NCBI GenBank assembly: GCA_951406725.2 | Contig: OX597817.1 | Span: 149,854,001-149,918,000, forward strand | Source of the DNA: Octopus vulgaris | Taxonomy: Eukaryota | Direction: 5' to 3' | Length of the DNA stretch: 64,000 nt | Shown here: positions 62,486 through 64,000 of the stretch, in pieces | Numbering within the stretch: position 1 is the first letter of the stretch | Layout of the letters: each line of letters starts with the position of its first letter | Notes under the pieces: generated by a model | The model's input: the letters and a program-made list of their open reading frames with translations, nothing else | Told to the model about the DNA's origin: nothing | The model's database searches: none | Position numbers and translations under genes: made by a program

Positions 62486-64000
62486 TGTTGTGCATGTGAG
62501 AGACAAGGTGTCGCATTTTGACATCACAGGATAGTTGTAAATGAGTGTCACTGACATGCCAGTAGTGTCACATATTTCCAATTGTCCATGGAAACATATC
62601 CAGCTGGGAGATAAGTGAGGATTGGTGACAGGAAAATATACATTAATAAACTCCATCCAACTGATGTGAGTTAGGAAAAGTGGATGTTAAGGTAAAAACA
62701 ATAATAAGACCTTGTAGACAATCTGAAAATTAATATGTAAGTAACTAGGCTAAATAACATTTAAAGACAGTGTAGGAGGGAGCTGGAATAAGTAAGGTCA
62801 GGATTGGCAATGAAGGGAGTGTGAATACTGATATGGGGTATGGCTGTGAGGCATGGAATTTGAATGAAGAACATCAATTGAAGTCGAAAAAAAAATGTGT
62901 TATGCATTGAATGTCCAACAGCAACATTCATAAAAGGAGAAATGCAAGTTAGCTGAGTGATGAGGCATTAAAGACATCAGCTGGTGCATCTACAAGAGGC
63001 AAGGGCATTGGTATGGACATAGGATGTAAATGGATGACGACACCTTTAGTGCGAAAAAGAACCATATACAGACAGAGGAGGATACAGGTAATAGAGAGGA
63101 AGGCGGCAAGCTGGCAGAAACATTAGCATGCCAGGCAAAATGCTTAGAGGTATTTTGTCAGCCGCTACATTCTGAGTTCAAATTCCACTGAGGTCGACTT
63201 TGCCTTTCATCCTTTCGGGGTTGATTAAATAAGTACCAGTTACACACTGGAGGTCGATATAATCGACTTAATCCATGTCTGTCCTTGTTTGTCCCCTCTG
63301 TGTGTAGCCCCTTGTGGGCAGTAAAGAAATAAGAGAGGAAGATCAAAGATGGAGACTGTTCAGGCAGCTGGGCCTTCGGCAATAAACTGAAGAGCAACTG
63401 ATTGATGTACTACACATTTTTACAAGCCATGCAAACACAGAAAATTGATATAAACATGATGGTTATGATATGATGAATGTCCATTAGGGTTTCACATAAT
63501 TAGCCCTTCATCTCATGCCCCCATTCCAACGGTACTCAAAATTAGACACTCGTGAAATTTTTTTTTTTTTGTGTGCATAAACGACTTTTTTAATGATTTT
63601 CTACTGACATACACTGCTTTTACTGCAATTAATTTTGAAAATAATGAAGCATTTTGTAAAATAATTTTTGTCATTGATAAATTGATGTTTGAAACATAAA
63701 TTTAATCATGATTTTCATGGAAGTTTTTTATTCAGATCATTTTAAAAGAGGAAGTTTGTATCAAAGAACCAGGTGTTATCTTGAGAATGCTGGTATAAAA
63801 ATGGTTAAAAATAAAAGAATTTAACCAGAAGCTGCAAAGAAGTCTGAATGAGTAGAGCTTATGCCAAACATTCTAAAGAAGATTACAATCAAGACTAAGA
63901 TGTCACTTTGTAGAAGGAACGACCAGATCCCAACTGCATCAGGGGAAAAGCAAAATACCCATCATTATACAGACTCAGTGAGCAAAATGTTTTAAGCTAG

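Overview
AT-rich, microsatellite-dense eukaryotic (metazoan) genomic DNA. The SINE repertoire looks like Octopus or another coleoid cephalopod; this is inference from recalled repeat families, not verified. Three intron-containing genes are supported. (1) The 5' five exons of OXA1L (minus strand, ATG at 7480, continuing off the left edge). (2) A complete five-exon SLC7A6OS/Iwr1 gene (plus strand, 9378-16726, 352 aa), head-to-head with OXA1L. (3) The terminal coding exon of an unidentified PPxY-motif protein (minus strand, 58420-58832). The rest is mostly repeats: four SINE families, Tc1/mariner, pogo/Tigger, hAT, piggyBac-like and Merlin-like MITEs, a Helitron-like element, LINE/CRE/LTR pol fragments and a 7SL pseudogene. 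The most notable signal is a set of unrelated short elements that carry type I hammerhead ribozyme motifs (CTGAnGA...GAAA...NUH, short or palindromic stem III), often in fold-back palindromic insertions. One family places a tRNA-like Pol III head upstream of the hammerhead. These resemble non-autonomous Penelope-dependent retrozyme-like elements. Most short ORFs in the supplied track are repeat or microsatellite artefacts. All coordinates and pairings were read by eye; repeat boundaries are approximate unless a TSD is given.
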